In this document: piece after piece, positions 37,171-51,015 of the stretch | How the letters are laid out: every line of letters starts with the position of its first letter | How positions within the stretch are numbered: the stretch's first letter is position 1 | The notes under the pieces: generated by a model | What the model was told of the DNA's origin: nothing | The model's input: the letters and a program-made list of their open reading frames with translations, nothing else | Databases searched by the model: none | Position numbers and translations under genes: made by a program | Assembly (NCBI RefSeq): GCF_004010195.1 | Contig: NC_057719.1 | Location: 73,929,657 to 73,993,656 of the forward strand | DNA: 64,000 nucleotides | Source of the DNA: Chiloscyllium plagiosum | Taxonomy: Eukaryota | Direction of reading: 5' to 3'

Positions 37171-40100
37171 GAAATAAAACACTGACAAATCGGATTAAGG
37201 TGCCTGTCGGTTGCACACCTGAAAGCCAGCTTTACTTACACGTTTTAATTTTAACGCGACCTGCTGTAAACAAGCAACCAGATTTAAAGCAAATCTTGTC
37301 CAATTTTAACTCCAAAGGTACAATCTTTCTGCTCTTTACCTGTCAAAGCTTTGCTGAGTGCTTTCCCCATGCTGCTGAATGATTGATCCTGTCCCACTGA
37401 AGTCAGTGAGTGATGTGTTAAAGATGCACGTAAAGGAACTTTCAGCAGAAAGTGTTTAGTGCGCGCTGGACTGGTGTCTGAAACTTTAACTCGTGTCGGT
37501 GCGGTTTGCTCGAACGTGCTTTTTGCATATTTTGCAGTTCAAGTTGGAGCTGAGGCTAACCCGCTTTTTTGTGTGTTTTGAAACTTCCCCCATTTGAACG
37601 TGAGCGTTTAGCACCGAGACTCGCCTGCTCGTCCCAGCTGCGAGGTTTGATGATTGTCAGTGGGGCATTCGTTACAATTTGTAACCAGTTTCATGTCCAG
37701 TCAATACGAGAGCACGATATGAGATAAAGCTAGCTCCTACCTCAGCATTTTTTAATATTTTTTTTAAAAAAGTCTAAAGAACCACGTTGAGACGGAGCAG
37801 TAAAGGCTTTGCTGTGCTGAAGCTTGTCAATATTTATGTATGGCAGCTGGGATAGTGAGTTTAAACCAAACCCACGGCTCTTCTAAGGATAACTGCGTTA
37901 GTATATGTACAGAAAGGGCAATCCGAAAGTACAAGGAGAGGCTTCATTGCCCCAGGAGGATGAACAAATGTTTATTTTCTCAATTCACCCCCCACACTTT
38001 GTTTGTGCAGAAAATGTATTGAAAGTGTACTGGCTGCAAGTTTCCAGATTTCTTTTAAAATACCTCCTTTTTTTTTTGATGTAAATCTGCATTGAAAAGA
38101 TTGCACGTTTTTAAACTCATTAGAGGGTTAAAGTATTTCGTTTGCACATCTGGCTCTTTCGCGAGACTACAGGACTCTTAAGATAAAGGGGAAGTCATAA
38201 CGATGGTGCAAACTGCGTATTAATAGAGATATTATTGTGTAAACTTCCCACTATCTCAGGCATTGTATCAAAGTGGAATTCCATTGTATGATTCATAGAT
38301 TTTTGTTGAGAATGACTTGTTTATTTTTTTGATAACTTTTTGAAACAATATGGATATTTCATGAATCATTTGGATTTGCAATATTTTAATGTCTCCCATG
38401 AGCGTGAATTGGCAAGTGTCATTAGCAATGAGTGATGTACAGAGAGCTTTTAGTGTGAATGTAAGTGCCCATCAACACTGCTAGTGGGGAATAGTGGGGT
38501 TTTTTTCTGGGTGCACAGCTTCTGATTTTACTTTGTCATAGGTTGACTACCAGGTTTTTAAATAGACAAAAATTTATTCACAAAATTACACAAAGAACAG
38601 AATAAAGAATCCCTACAGAACACAACGTATCCAACTAGACTTAATTCTGCTGTTCCGAATATACACAACAGTACCAATAAGCAACCCCCCCCCCTTAAAA
38701 AACAGTGATAATGGAACAGATGCTTATAGGTTGAAGTTAGAAGGGCAGAAGGAGAGAGAGTTTAGCAGCCTGTGCATTGAGCTATACCTGTAATCTGTTA
38801 TTTGATGCCTTTAGACTCTTTAAATGTTTCTGTGCTGCTGGAAAGGAAAATACATGGAAGTGAGCGGACAATGGGTTCATACAGTAGGTAACATAAAAAC
38901 ACAATGCTGGAGAATCTCGGTGGGTCTGGGCAGCTTCCAAGGAGAGAGGAACAGAGTTAACACCTCGAGTCCTGTATGACTCCTTCAGAACTGAATGGTA
39001 TTGAATTTAAAACCAAGACAGAAATTGCTGGGGAGAAGCTCAGCAGGTCTGACAGCATCTGTGAGGAGAAATCAGTTAACGTCACGGGTACAGTGACCCT
39101 ACCTCAGAATTGATCCTGAACTTGAACCGTTAATTTTTTTTTGTTCTGGACCATGCTGCCAGACATGCTGAGTTTGTCCAATAATTTCTGTTTTATTTCA
39201 GGTTACCAGCAACAGGTCTGCTTTTTTGACAAATTATGTGCCTCATAACATACACAATCAGAAAGCTAAATATGCAATATTGAGAAGAAATTAACTTCAG
39301 TCTAACTTAGCTTCTTTCTGGACTTATTTGAACATTTAGAGAGAAAAGATTGAGTGAAGAAATAAAAAAAAAAGCTGAAACCAGTATCACAACTGCACTT
39401 TGAAAATCTCAATAATTCACTATTTGAAGCAATAAAGCATAGTTTTTCAGAGGCAGGGAGGCTGACTGTAATTAACACTTCATTTTTTTTAAAAAGATAC
39501 TTATTTTTTGTGATGAGTTTTGTTTATAACTAAAATGCATGTAACATCAGCTACAGGTCATTTGATGTATTGAGGTGGCAAAGCATCAGGATTCCACTTC
39601 TGCAAATATAATGGTGAATGGCTGACCTTAGACTGCAGCCTCTGATTTTGGTGCCTGCATTTGTGCATTTGTCTGAAATTGTAATGCAGTTTGGGCATAT
39701 AATGAGCATGATCAGTATCACTAATACACTGTTAGCAAATTTTGTTGCAGTATTAGTTTGATTCTAAAAGTAATGCACATTGTGGATGCGCATGATATAG
39801 CCTAAGTTGCCAGTTTGTTTTCCATCTAAGTAAAATCATTTTCCAGTATCCAGATATGGAAATGCTGTACTAATTGAGTGTTCCACTGTGGAATGACCAA
39901 TTGATGAGGTATTAAGCCAGAACCTGCCTTCTCAGAAGGAGAGAGAGAAAACAGGGAACTACAGGACAGTTCGTCTAATGGCATATATTGGAAAATTGAT
40001 GCTGTCCATTCTTAAGTGACAACGGGGCATTTAAGTTGTAATATGGTTATCCAGAATAAACATAGATTTGCCAAATAGTTTCCCTCTCCTAAATAGAGGT

Positions 40101-40677
40101 GGGTCAATGGTTAGCACTACTACACTACACCACCAGGGACCCGGGTTCAAGTCCAGCCTTGGGTAATTGTGTGGAGTTTGCATGTTCTCAGAGTACTTTG
40201 GTCTCCCCTCGGTCCAAAGATATGTGGAGGTAGATTGGCCATGTTAAATTGCCCTATAGTGTCCAGCAATGTGCAGACTCACTCGGATTCTGTGATAAAC
40301 CTATTCCAGTTTTTTTTTTTGAGATGCCATTAAGAAGGGAACCTGAGAAATCAGTTGGTTTGGATTCTCAATGAGAATTTGATAAGATAAAGGTAAATTT
40401 TCCATAGTTCTACTGTACCTTTAGAGCTACTTTTCTCGTTGGAGATAACTGGTGGTGTTCTAAGCTGAGGGTCACCATGCCCTTGGGCAAGTGAAGAGTT
40501 GAGAAGGCGAGTCCTTCGAGGTTACTGCTTGACAAGAGGACACTTGAACAGTTATTGAACAATATCAGGCCTCAGTGGGCTTATAGCTAGTAGGAGGGAT
40601 GGAGAATTGGTTAAAATGCAGAAAGCAAGACTCTAGGAATGAACTGATCATTATCAGGTTGTAAACTGTTACCAGTG

Positions 40678-41220
40678 ACGTAGTTGAGAGTGTGGCACTG
40701 GAAAAGCACAGCAGGTCAAGCAGCATCCAAGGAGCAGGAGATTGACGTTTCGGGCATAAGCCCTTCATCAGGAATGAGGCTGGGAGATAAATGGGAGGGG
40801 GTGGGGCTGGGGGGGGGAAGGTAACTGAGAATGCGATAGATAGATAAGTGGGGAGAAGATGATAGGTCAGAGAGGAGGGTGGAGCAGATATATGGGAAAG
40901 ACGATGGACAGTCAAGAGGATGATGCTGAGTTGGAGGCTTGGGACTGGGATAAGGTGTGGGGAGGGGAAATGAGGAAACTGGTGAAATCCACATTAATCC
41001 CATGTGGTTGCAGGGTCCCAAGACGGAAGATGAGGTGTTCTTACTCCAGGCATCAGGTGGTTAGGGTTTGGCGTTGGAGGAGGCCCAGAACCTGCATGTC
41101 TTAAGGGGAATTGGTGTTCAGCCACAAAGTGGTGGAGTTGGCTGGTGCAGATGTCCCAGAGATGTTCCAGCACCCCACACTCTACTCTGATCTCCAGCAT
41201 CTGCAGCACTCACCTCCACC
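40678..41220 (-). mobile_element. Penelope-like element fragment
   Basis: Family terminal sequence ctggaaaagcacagcaggtca.gcagcatcc and tctccagcatctgcag; taccagt on both flanks. Confidence 0.7.
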
Positions 41221-41784
41221 TACCAGTAAGGTGGCATATGGATCAGACCTTGATCTTTTTCCAATATATATTAATGACCAAATGGAAGATATTAAAGTTT
41301 GTTGACAATATAAAACTAGTTGAGAAAGTTTGTTGAGAAGACGTATTGTGAAAATACCTGTGGATGGGGCTTATGTGAATGGGCAATAATCTAGCAGGTG
41401 AAGTCAAACATAGGTTAATCACTTTAGTTGAAAGAATAGGAAAATAACAACAGCTTTTGAAATGCTTTACTTTTTGATGTTCAATGGGATTTGGGAATCC
41501 TTTCATAAAGAAACATAAACTTTGTGCAGGTACAGTGAGCAGTTAGAAAGATGAGTTGCATATTGGCCTTTGTGTGGGGGTCGGATGGCTGAGTATAACA
41601 GTAAAGAAGTTTTGCCACATTGTACGGAGTCTTGATAGATCACACATGAAGAATTGTGTATATTTCTGGTCTTTATATCTAAGGAAGGATGTAGTTAGCT
41701 TAGATGAGGTGTAAAAAAGATTCTCTAGACTGATTACTGGGACAAGCATGTTGGCCTATTGAGGACAAGTAACATAATAGGAAT

Positions 41785-42615
41785 ATATGGAGTCATAGAG
41801 ATGTACAGCATGGAAACAGAGCCTTTGGTCCAACTCCTTCATGCTGACCAGATATCCCAACCCAATCTAGTCCCACCTGCCAGCACCTGGCTCATATCCC
41901 TCCACACCCTTCCTATTCATATACCCATCCAGGTGCCTTTTAAATGTAATTGTGCCAGCCTCCACCACTTCCTCTGGCAGCCCATTCCACACACGGGCCA
42001 CCCTCTACTTGGAAAAAGTTGCCCCTTAGGTCTTTTTTATATCTTTCCCCTCTCGCCCTAAACCTGTGCCCTCTAGTCTGGACTTTTCCCATCCCAGGGA
42101 AAAGACCTTGTCTATTTACTCTATTAATTCACCTCATAATTTTATAAACATTGATAAGGTCACCCCTCAGCCTCTGATGCTCCAGGGAAAACAGACCTAG
42201 CCGATTCAACTTCTCCCTATAGCTCAAATCTCTCCACCTTGGCATCCTTGTAAATCTTTTCTGAACCTTTTCAAGTTTCACAACATCTTTCCAATAGGAC
42301 ACCGCTTTCACTACCCTATCTACCTGCAACTCTTCTTTCAAGGAGCTATAAACCTGCACTCCAAGGTCTCTTTGTTCCGCAACAATCCCTAGGACCTTAC
42401 CATTAAGTGTATAAGTCTTGCTGAGATTTGCTTTCCCAAAATGCAGCACCTTGCATTTATCTGAATTAAACTCCTCAGCCTGTTGGCTCATCTGATCAAG
42501 ATCCCATTGTAATCGGAGGTAACCTTCTTAGCTGTCCACCACACCGCCAATTTTGGTGTCATCTGCAAACTTTACCTCTTAAACTCATCCAAATCATTAA
42601 TATAAATGATGAAAA
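41785..42615 (-). mobile_element. CR1/HER1 LINE 3' portion
   Basis: FNSDKCKVLHFG...QRDLGVQV...VQKRFTRM. Confidence 0.9.
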
Positions 42616-45600
42616 GTGGAGAGTTGACCTCATTTAAATATCTAAAATTCTGTGTGCATGATTATACAAAGCTGTTTTTAATGCTTTCAGGGTTTTTGTG
42701 TGTTGCTGATGAGGCTGGCATTTTGTGCTCCATTCTGCAGGTATTGAGAAGATAATGGTCAACTGCTTTCTTGCATTGCTGCATCCATACGGTGCAAGTA
42801 CGCCCACAATGCTGTTAGGGAGAGTTCCAAGATTTCGACCCAGTGTTAGTGATGGAACGGTAATTATTGTTCCAAGTCAGGATTGTGTGCAGCTTGGAAT
42901 GGAAACAAAGTCACCTTCCGAAATGTTTGCAACCCTTGTCCCTTGAGGTGTTAGAGGTTGGGGGTTTCGGAGATGCTATTAAAGTAGGCTTGGTGAGTTG
43001 TTACAATGTGCCTTGTAGATGGTGTGTACTGCTGCTGTGTACTGGTGTTGGTTGGGAGTGAGGTGAGGTGATGGTTAAGATGACTATCAAATGGATCTGT
43101 TTTCTCCTTGATAGAATCTCGCAGTCGATACCAACATTCTATTGTAGATGCAGTATTTACATAGCTGACCTGGTTATATTTTTGATCAGTTGTCACCCCT
43201 GCATGTTAATAGTGGGGAATTCAGGGATGGTAATGCCCCTCCATATCAAGGCAAGATGGTCATTGCCTGACACTTTTGTGACAAGTTTCGCTATCATGCA
43301 TCAGGCTAAGGTTGAATGTTGTTCAGGTCTTGCTACAGTTTCTGAGAAGGTGATTTTTCATTTTTCTCTGGAGAGAATCCAGAAGGAGGGACCATATCAG
43401 GAAAAAGACATCAACCACATGGCAATGGACTGAGGTTAAACTTCTTCACACTTGTGAATTCTCTATCCAAAAGTCTTGTAGGTACAGAGTCCTGGAGGTT
43501 AATCAGGTTTGAAGCTGAGGGAGTTGAGAAATATGGATATTCTGCACAGTGAAGTTGAGATCGATATTTAGCCACAATCTCTTCAAATGGGGCAACTGGC
43601 TCAAATGGGCCAAGTGGTCTCCTCTTCCTATTTCTTTTATGTCAGATGGGGAAAGAGGCCATGGCACTATTTTGAAGAAGAGGGAGGTTCTCACTTGTAG
43701 TATAGCAAATATTTATCTCTCCAACAATGGATATTTTAATCAACCTGTTCAGGCATGTTATGAGACACCACCTGCAGCAGATGGTACATGAGCCCAGGTC
43801 CTTTAGCCCAGAGGTAAGGACATTCCCTCTGTGCTTCAAGATCCTACGTTTGTCTGGAATAGTGGGGACAGTTTGAACTTTTTCATCAGGGATTGTTTGG
43901 CCGTTTTCAGACAAACCTGTAGGGCAGACAGTATGTGAATCTGGACCAGAGGTCCAGCCTTACCAAAACCAGCCCCTAAAGCTAAATGCAAGTAACTTAC
44001 AAATCTGATTTAAAAATAATGTCAATCTGCTTGGACATGTTTTGAAAGTCCCAGACCACGTGGGACTTGAATTAAGTTAGTAGGGGAAATTGAGGGTGAC
44101 GGGGAAAATGCAGGCAAGTGGATGTGAGGACAGTCGGAGCAGCCATGATCAATGGTGGAGCAGGCTAGAGGTGCCGAATGGTTTATTCCTGTTTCTATTT
44201 TGTATAGTCATATGAACCCAGACCTTCTTGCACTATTTCTGAGCCACGGGATCCGACTCATATGTTACCACATCTTTGGCCATCAAGTCCTGAGGTGTTT
44301 GAACCCAGAGCTTCTGGGTCAGAGGCAGGGATTCTTCCCACTGTGCCACAGAAGCTCCTTTAAACGCTGTCATTAAACAGATTAACTGGTCATTCTCACA
44401 TTGCTGATTTGGGACCCTTCACTATCATCGTTCCTACTCTTTTTTTAAAAAAAGCATTTAATCAGATACTTTAGGATATTCTGAGGTCATGCAAAGATCC
44501 GTGTGAAAGCCAGTATTTTTCTTTTTCATAATTATTTCAATTATGTTTACAACCATTAAAATGAACAAACTTCTCATGTTGGTCAACAAAGCTGCCTCTT
44601 TATTAGGTTGTAAATCACATGGAATTGCAGGCAACGGTCTGGTTATGTTGTGCATTCTTTAAAGTAGAACTTTGACAGAGGAATGTTCGTATAACATGAC
44701 GGCTCTCCCTGAAGCCAGACATTCTTTAGTTCATCCACATCATCCCTTAATGTATTTTGCTCACCTTTTTTACAGTAAGTCAATAAGATTTCCAGGTGTT
44801 GAATTCAACTGTTTTCAGAATTGAATTTAAAGGCATGCCTGAAAGACTTTGTGATTTGCAGTTTAACCTTCTTGCAGTGACCTTTTCAATTGCTATCTTA
44901 TTTGTTTCTGACTTTAAATATTTTCAGGTTTAAATTGCAAAAAGTGATGAAATAAACTTCACTTTCTTGATGAAAGAGAAGATATCAGTAAATCTGAACA
45001 AGCTCCAAAATCGCTGTCCTGATTAGGCTTTGAGAGCAACTATTACCTCTGCGAAGAAACAAGTTAAATCTGAAATGACCCATCGGTACATTTCTTCCTT
45101 ATGTCTTTGGAAGTTTTATCTACCTCTTAGTCTGTCTTTGGGAGAAGGGTTGGGTTGTGGAAGAGGGGGTGTTGGGGGAGTGAGAAAGGTGCCAAATTCT
45201 AGAACAATGAATTGATGACTAAGTTATGAGCCAAAGGTAAGGAATGAATGCAGTTCTGAAGATATAATATATTGCATGACACAACTGCATTAATTAGTTA
45301 TCGAAGAATCGCACAGCACTGAAGGCCTCTGTGGCTCTGGCTTTTTAAAATAAATTCTTATCCATTTAGCCCCACTCTCCTCCTTGATCCCCATGATCCT
45401 GCAGAATTTTCTTTTTGGTTCAGTTTGAAAAGAGTTACGTACAGTGTTTTTCAAGCAGAAAATAATACTTCAGGTACCTCCAAAAGCTCTCAAAACCTAG
45501 AGTAAATCCAAAATAAAGGCTGTTCCACATCAGTCAGTGGAATCGAGCTTTTAGCTTACTTACATGGGCTGGATATGAGTATATGAACAGTTTTTATTAC

Positions 45601-46054
45601 AAATGTATTCAAACACCGATTCCATTTCCTTCTAATTAATATCCTGTTTTGTCTTTATGCAACTGTAGTATAACCCAACGTGCAGATAAAACTAAGTTGT
45701 GTTCAAGAATTTTGTGTATTGGACCAAATAAATGTTTATATAAAGCAATATATAAATGTAATACTGTTTCAAGATGTTTATTGCTTCACCATCTATTCAG
45801 TTTTCATGCCAGCATCATCATCTTAATGAAGATGGAATACCGTTCAAAGACACTGGATGTCCTAGTGCGCTTTTTATCTAGTGCTAGTATAGCCTGCCGC
45901 ATACTTTTCAAGCTAATGTATTTTATAGTAAAGAGATTTCTCTGTTAAGTTTGTATTCGAGCTGAGAGCTCACTGATCTCACATGTTTGACTTTTCTTTG
46001 CTCAGGATTTTGCTGTGACATTCATGGACTGCTGTAATTGGCTTCTTAACACTC

Positions 46055-46270
46055 AGGTGAAAATGAGGACTGCAGATGCTGGAGAGTCAGAGTCAAAGTG
46101 TGGCGTTTGGAAAAGCACAGCAGGTCAGGCAGCATCCGAGGAGCAGCAGAGTCGATGTTTCGGGCATAAGCCCTTTATCAGGAATGAAAGCTTATGCCGG
46201 AAACGTTGACTCTCCTCCTCAGATCCTGCCTGACCTGCTGTGCTTTTCCAGCACCACAGTTTTCAAATCC
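46055..46270. mobile_element. Palindromic Penelope-derived element
   Basis: ggaaaagcacagcaggtcaggcag / ctgcctgacctgctgtgcttttcc inverted arms. Confidence 0.75.
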
Positions 46271-46299
46271 TCTTAATACTCCAGCTTAGGAAGCGACAG

Positions 46300-46682
46300 C
46301 CTGGAGCATCAGAGGTTGAGGGGTGACTTTGCATAAGATCATGAGGGGCATGGGTAGGGTAAATAGACAAGTCTTTTTTCCTGGGGTGGGAGAGTTCAGA
46401 ACTATAGGGCATAGTTTAGGGTGAGAGGAGAAAGATATGAGACCTAAGGGGCAACTTTTTCACGCAGCAGGTGGTGCATGTATGGAATGAGCTGCCAGAG
46501 GAAGTGGTGGAGGCTGGTGCAATTGCAACATTAAAAAGGCATCTCGATGGGTATATGAATAGGAAGAGTTTAGAGGGATATGGGCCAAGTGCTGACAAAT
46601 GGGACTAGATTAGATTGGGTTATCTGGTCGGCACGAACAAGTTGGACTGAAAGGTCTGTTTCCGTGCTGTATATCTCTATCT
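46300..46682 (+). mobile_element. CR1/HER1 LINE 3' end
   Basis: Closely similar to 190-575. Confidence 0.9.
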
Positions 46683-48312
46683 GAGATAAGAGTACCCAGC
46701 CCTAAGTAGTAGCTGTGATGTTTCTGGGAATATGAAACTGCAAATAACAGAAGGAAATTGGATTCAAAGGAAAGAAAAGTATGTTTCCATCTCTTAAATA
46801 GGTGCGAGATGCATGCAGTTATGATTCACCTATGCCTTGTGCAAGAGCATGAATGAAGAGCAACTGGACCATAAGACCATGAGTTTTTGATCATAGTTAT
46901 GCTATTGGAGGGAGCACTAGAGCTTATCACAATTCACTCTTCTCATTCCATGATCCCTCAAATATCCAAGTTATTAACTACCATGTTAAATGCAAAATAA
47001 ATATCTTGGATAGAATTGTAGCCAGTCTTAAGAATGTTTAAGTAAGCAATGTGTGTATTTTTGAAATGGCAAAGGAACAAGGTATAGGATCTGGCCAGGG
47101 TATGTATATTCACTTATAATGCTGTTACCTCACCTGAACTTTGCATGGGAATATATGCTGAGTACTCACATCCAGTTTATATTTGGTTCATTTAAATTAA
47201 AGGTGACAGATACAGTTTTAATGAAGAATGTGTAATTTCAATCTTTATTTCTTATTAGCGTTAGGAGCAGTGTCTGTCATTTTGGCTCTGAAGCAGGCCA
47301 TATTATTTCATTTCTTTGTGGTCAGCTATTTTCCGAATGATTTAAAATTAACTGGAACTGACTGACTGACTGACAGAATTTTCCTCCCTCATGTTCCAGG
47401 GTTGTGGTACTTCTGATAAGCACACTTCAAAGCTTTGGCAGTCTTCATTTCACACAATCCAAAGAAATTGTAGAGAAAGGCAAAGATTAATGGCAAAGAA
47501 AAGGCAATAAATGTCTACCAGGAAGAAATCTCTGTCAAAAATAATAATTGCTGGAGTTTCGTAGCCTTTGAAACTTTTGGCTCTGTTGTAACGTTAATTT
47601 GCAAAATGATTTCCTCCTAATTTGCAATTAATTTTTTTGGTTTATTTCTGAAATCAGCGGCTACTTGTGGTTTCAAAAGAACATTATCAGTAATGTTAGA
47701 GACCAGATCAGCTTCCCCAAAATATATTGTGGATGTAGGGTCTAAGCTGGTTTCTATTTTATCTTAAAAGCAAGTGTGAGGGCGCTATTTTCCAGATATG
47801 ATTCAATTGGTTAACCACTGCACCATAACCAAAACACACTTCATTTTGTTGCATTTTAAAAATAAAGACTCTGTATAACTTTTACTCTTTTGACATACTT
47901 AACAAGACAATGTATTATTTAACCACTAATCATCAACTGTTCCAATACAGGCAGCGTCCCAAAAACACGTCCTTTGGCAAAATGCAGAGTGGCAAAAGAG
48001 TTATTGTTCTGTCTCTCTCCAGTCCAGTAGAAAGAAATAAATCTGTCCCTTCTGATTTCTAAGAGGAAAGTTCACTGTGTAAGTCATCAATCTAGCAGTA
48101 GAGAGAACTCTAGCTGCCAGCTCTAGCAGCTAACATAACAATAAGAAACAACTGAAAGCAAAACCGAAGTCCTCTGGGTCTGTGTGAACTTGACTGCACC
48201 CATTGATGATTTTTCCTCTGAAAAAAACTCCCAGGGAGAAACCCGAAGCTATTAGAAGCTGCCAGTTGAGAGGAAAAACTTGGTACCACTGTGACAAGAT
48301 CCCTCTTCATGA

Positions 48313-48930
48313 GGTTAAAAATCACAACACCAGGTTATAGTCCAACTGGTTTAATTGGAAGCACACTAGCTTTCGGAGTGACGCTCCTTCATCAGGTGAT
48401 AGTGGAGGGCTCAATCCTAACACAGAATTTATATCAAAAATTTACAGTGTGATGTAACTGAAATTACACTTTGAAAAATTGATTGTCTGTTAAGCATTTC
48501 ATCTGTTGGAATACAGTGATAGTTTCACTTCTTTCATGTGTAAATTACAAAACCTTTTCTTTAAAGTTGCATTCTCGGGTTAGCTGTTAACAATGGTGAT
48601 AGCTAGACAATATGTTGAAGATGTTAGCCCCCTGTGTTCTCTGTCAATGCCATGATATTTAGATTGATTCTAATCTTAAAACTCCGCTATCTCACTTTTT
48701 ACATAAATGCATGCAGTTTTTGAGCAAAGTACAATGTAACCCTGCAAGTACAAATTCACCCCACAAAATATGTGGGCCTCAACCAGGACCTTGGGTTCAT
48801 GTCATATTACAGGTGACCACCATTGCATCACACGCGTCACACGCATCCACCCTTGTGGGGTGAATGTGTGTGGTGAGTGCAGAGTGTCTTAAGTCTGTCG
48901 GGGGGGGGGTGTAATGCAATGGTGGTCACC
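48313..48930. mobile_element. Longer member of the 10203 Penelope-like family
   Basis: Same terminal sequence plus internal region. Confidence 0.65.
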
Positions 48931-50064
48931 CTTTTTATAAATTTCTAACCTATGATAGAAATTTACCATGACCATCAACAAATATTTTAACATTCTTACG
49001 CAATATATTCAGCCATGTATCTGGCAAACCTATACTAGATTTAAATCAGCAGAAATTTTGACTTTTCTCAGAATTGATGTATTTTATTTTAGTGTGATTA
49101 GAAATAAATGTTATTGCACTTCTAAAATTATATGTGGTATTGGAGAATGAAAGATTCTAATCAGCTGCATATATTCTGTTGAGGTTGAACTAGAAAGATT
49201 GGCAGTCAGGCCAGCTAATGATATCTTGAGGTTTTTTTTTAAAAAAAGGGGATGGTAACTGGTGAGCATTATTGGTAATATTGGAGTAAGGCTACCATTG
49301 AAATAGCAGTCTGTCAGAAATGTGGAGAAATAGTACATTTTGAACAGCATGTTAAGTGTTTAAACAATATTTAATGAACCATAAACAGTGCTGAGAGGGA
49401 TGAATTTGAGTAATTCAGTTGAAGGGCTTAAGCTATTTATCCACTTCTAATCACCACATTTCTCTTCTAGAATATGCTATTTCTATGGCCTAAGCAAATC
49501 AATTCTTTTTCAGAATAGATGAGTGTCGCTTATTGCTTAAATAACCTTGTTGAAAACTTTTTTAAAAAATTTGTTAGTTTGTCTTGAGTTTATTTCAATT
49601 CAGCTGTACTAATGTATTAAAACTATGACAAACTTTAAATAAAAAAATACTTGTCAAAACAGTCTTAGTCTTTAGTTGACTTCTCCATTAATTAAGCTGG
49701 AAAATGTAAAAAATATAGTTGGTCATTATGCTTCTGAGCAATGTGCTATCCACCTCCAGTAGACAATTGAATAATATTCAAAGATAAAATAATTGTAGGG
49801 TTGCAAAGAGGTGAGACTAAGTGTCTTGCTGTTGCATAGAGCTAGCATGGAGACTAGGAAACATGGTCTCCTTTTGTCTTATAACCGTTCTACAATTCTG
49901 TTTGATTCTATAAAACATTTGACAGAGGTTGCTGTGTGGGTAAGGGGGAGTGGGAAGCATTATGAAGCACCCATGAACGGAAGTAGAATTCAACCCCTTG
50001 TGTCGTCTCATTTTGCTTTCTAATCTTTAAAAGATCCTGTAAGCAATATAGAAAATGTATATTT

Positions 50065-51015
50065 AATTAGGGAATGGAATGTAATATCTCCAAATTTGCA
50101 GATGACACACAACTGGGTGGGATGGTGAGCAATGAGGAAGATACAGAGATGCCTTGACCTGACTTAGCAATGTTGAGAGAGTGGGCAAATGCAATGTAAT
50201 AGGGATAAATGCGAGCTTATCCATTCTGGTAACAAAATCAGAAAAGCATGTTAGTACCTTTTTTGTATGGTGATTAATTGAGAAAGGGAACCGTGCAACA
50301 AGATCTGGATGTCCGTTTACACCAGTCACTGAAAGTAAGCATTAAAGGTGCAGCAGTAAGTGCAAAAGACAAATGGTATGTTGGCCATCATAGCAAGAAG
50401 GTTTGAGTACAGGAGCAGGGATGTCTCAGTCCTTGCTGAGACCACATCTGGAATAAAGTGTGTAGTTTTGGTCTCCTCCCTACCTGAGGAAAGACTGCAA
50501 TGAAAATATACCAAACTGATTTGATTTTAGGTTAGGATATCTGGTCGGCATGGATGAGTTGGACATGCTGTGTTTCCCTGACATGTTTCCGTGCTGTACA
50601 TCTCTATGACACTGATTTCTCTGAAGGCAGGACTGATGTATGAAGAGAGACTGGATTGATTAGGACTATATTAACTGGAGTTTTGAAGAGTAAGGGGAAA
50701 TCTTCTGAAACCTAGAAAATTCTAACTGAATTAGACAGGGTAAATACAATGTTCCTGATTACTTGAGAGCCCAGAACCAAATCTTCAGATACTTGGTAGG
50801 AAAAAGATAAGGAGAAATTCCTTCACCCAGAGAGCAATGAGCTTATGGCATTTTGTGCCACAAATCAACTGAGACCAAGTATTGAGTGAAAGGATAAAAA
50901 GGAGTATGGGGAGTAAGTGGGAGCAGAGTGTTGAGCTGGTTGATCAGCTGTGATCATATTGAATGGTATGGCAGGCTCAAAGGGCTGAATAGCCTACTCC
51001 TCCTCTTTTCTATGT
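50065..51015 (+). mobile_element. CR1 LINE 3' portion
   Basis: atctccaaatttgcagatgacaca (ISKFADDT) and downstream CR1 motifs. Confidence 0.8.

Noticed and set aside
36614..37216. Overlapping 129-187 aa ORFs on both strands, including the N- and C-terminal extensions of 36614..37177
   Set aside because: By-products of the GC-rich exon. Only 36770-37091 has a domain, an ATG context and a splice donor.
47587..48296. Possible solo LTR (TG...CA); a similar candidate lies at ~11058-13312
   Set aside because: No convincing TSD or paired copy could be confirmed by eye.
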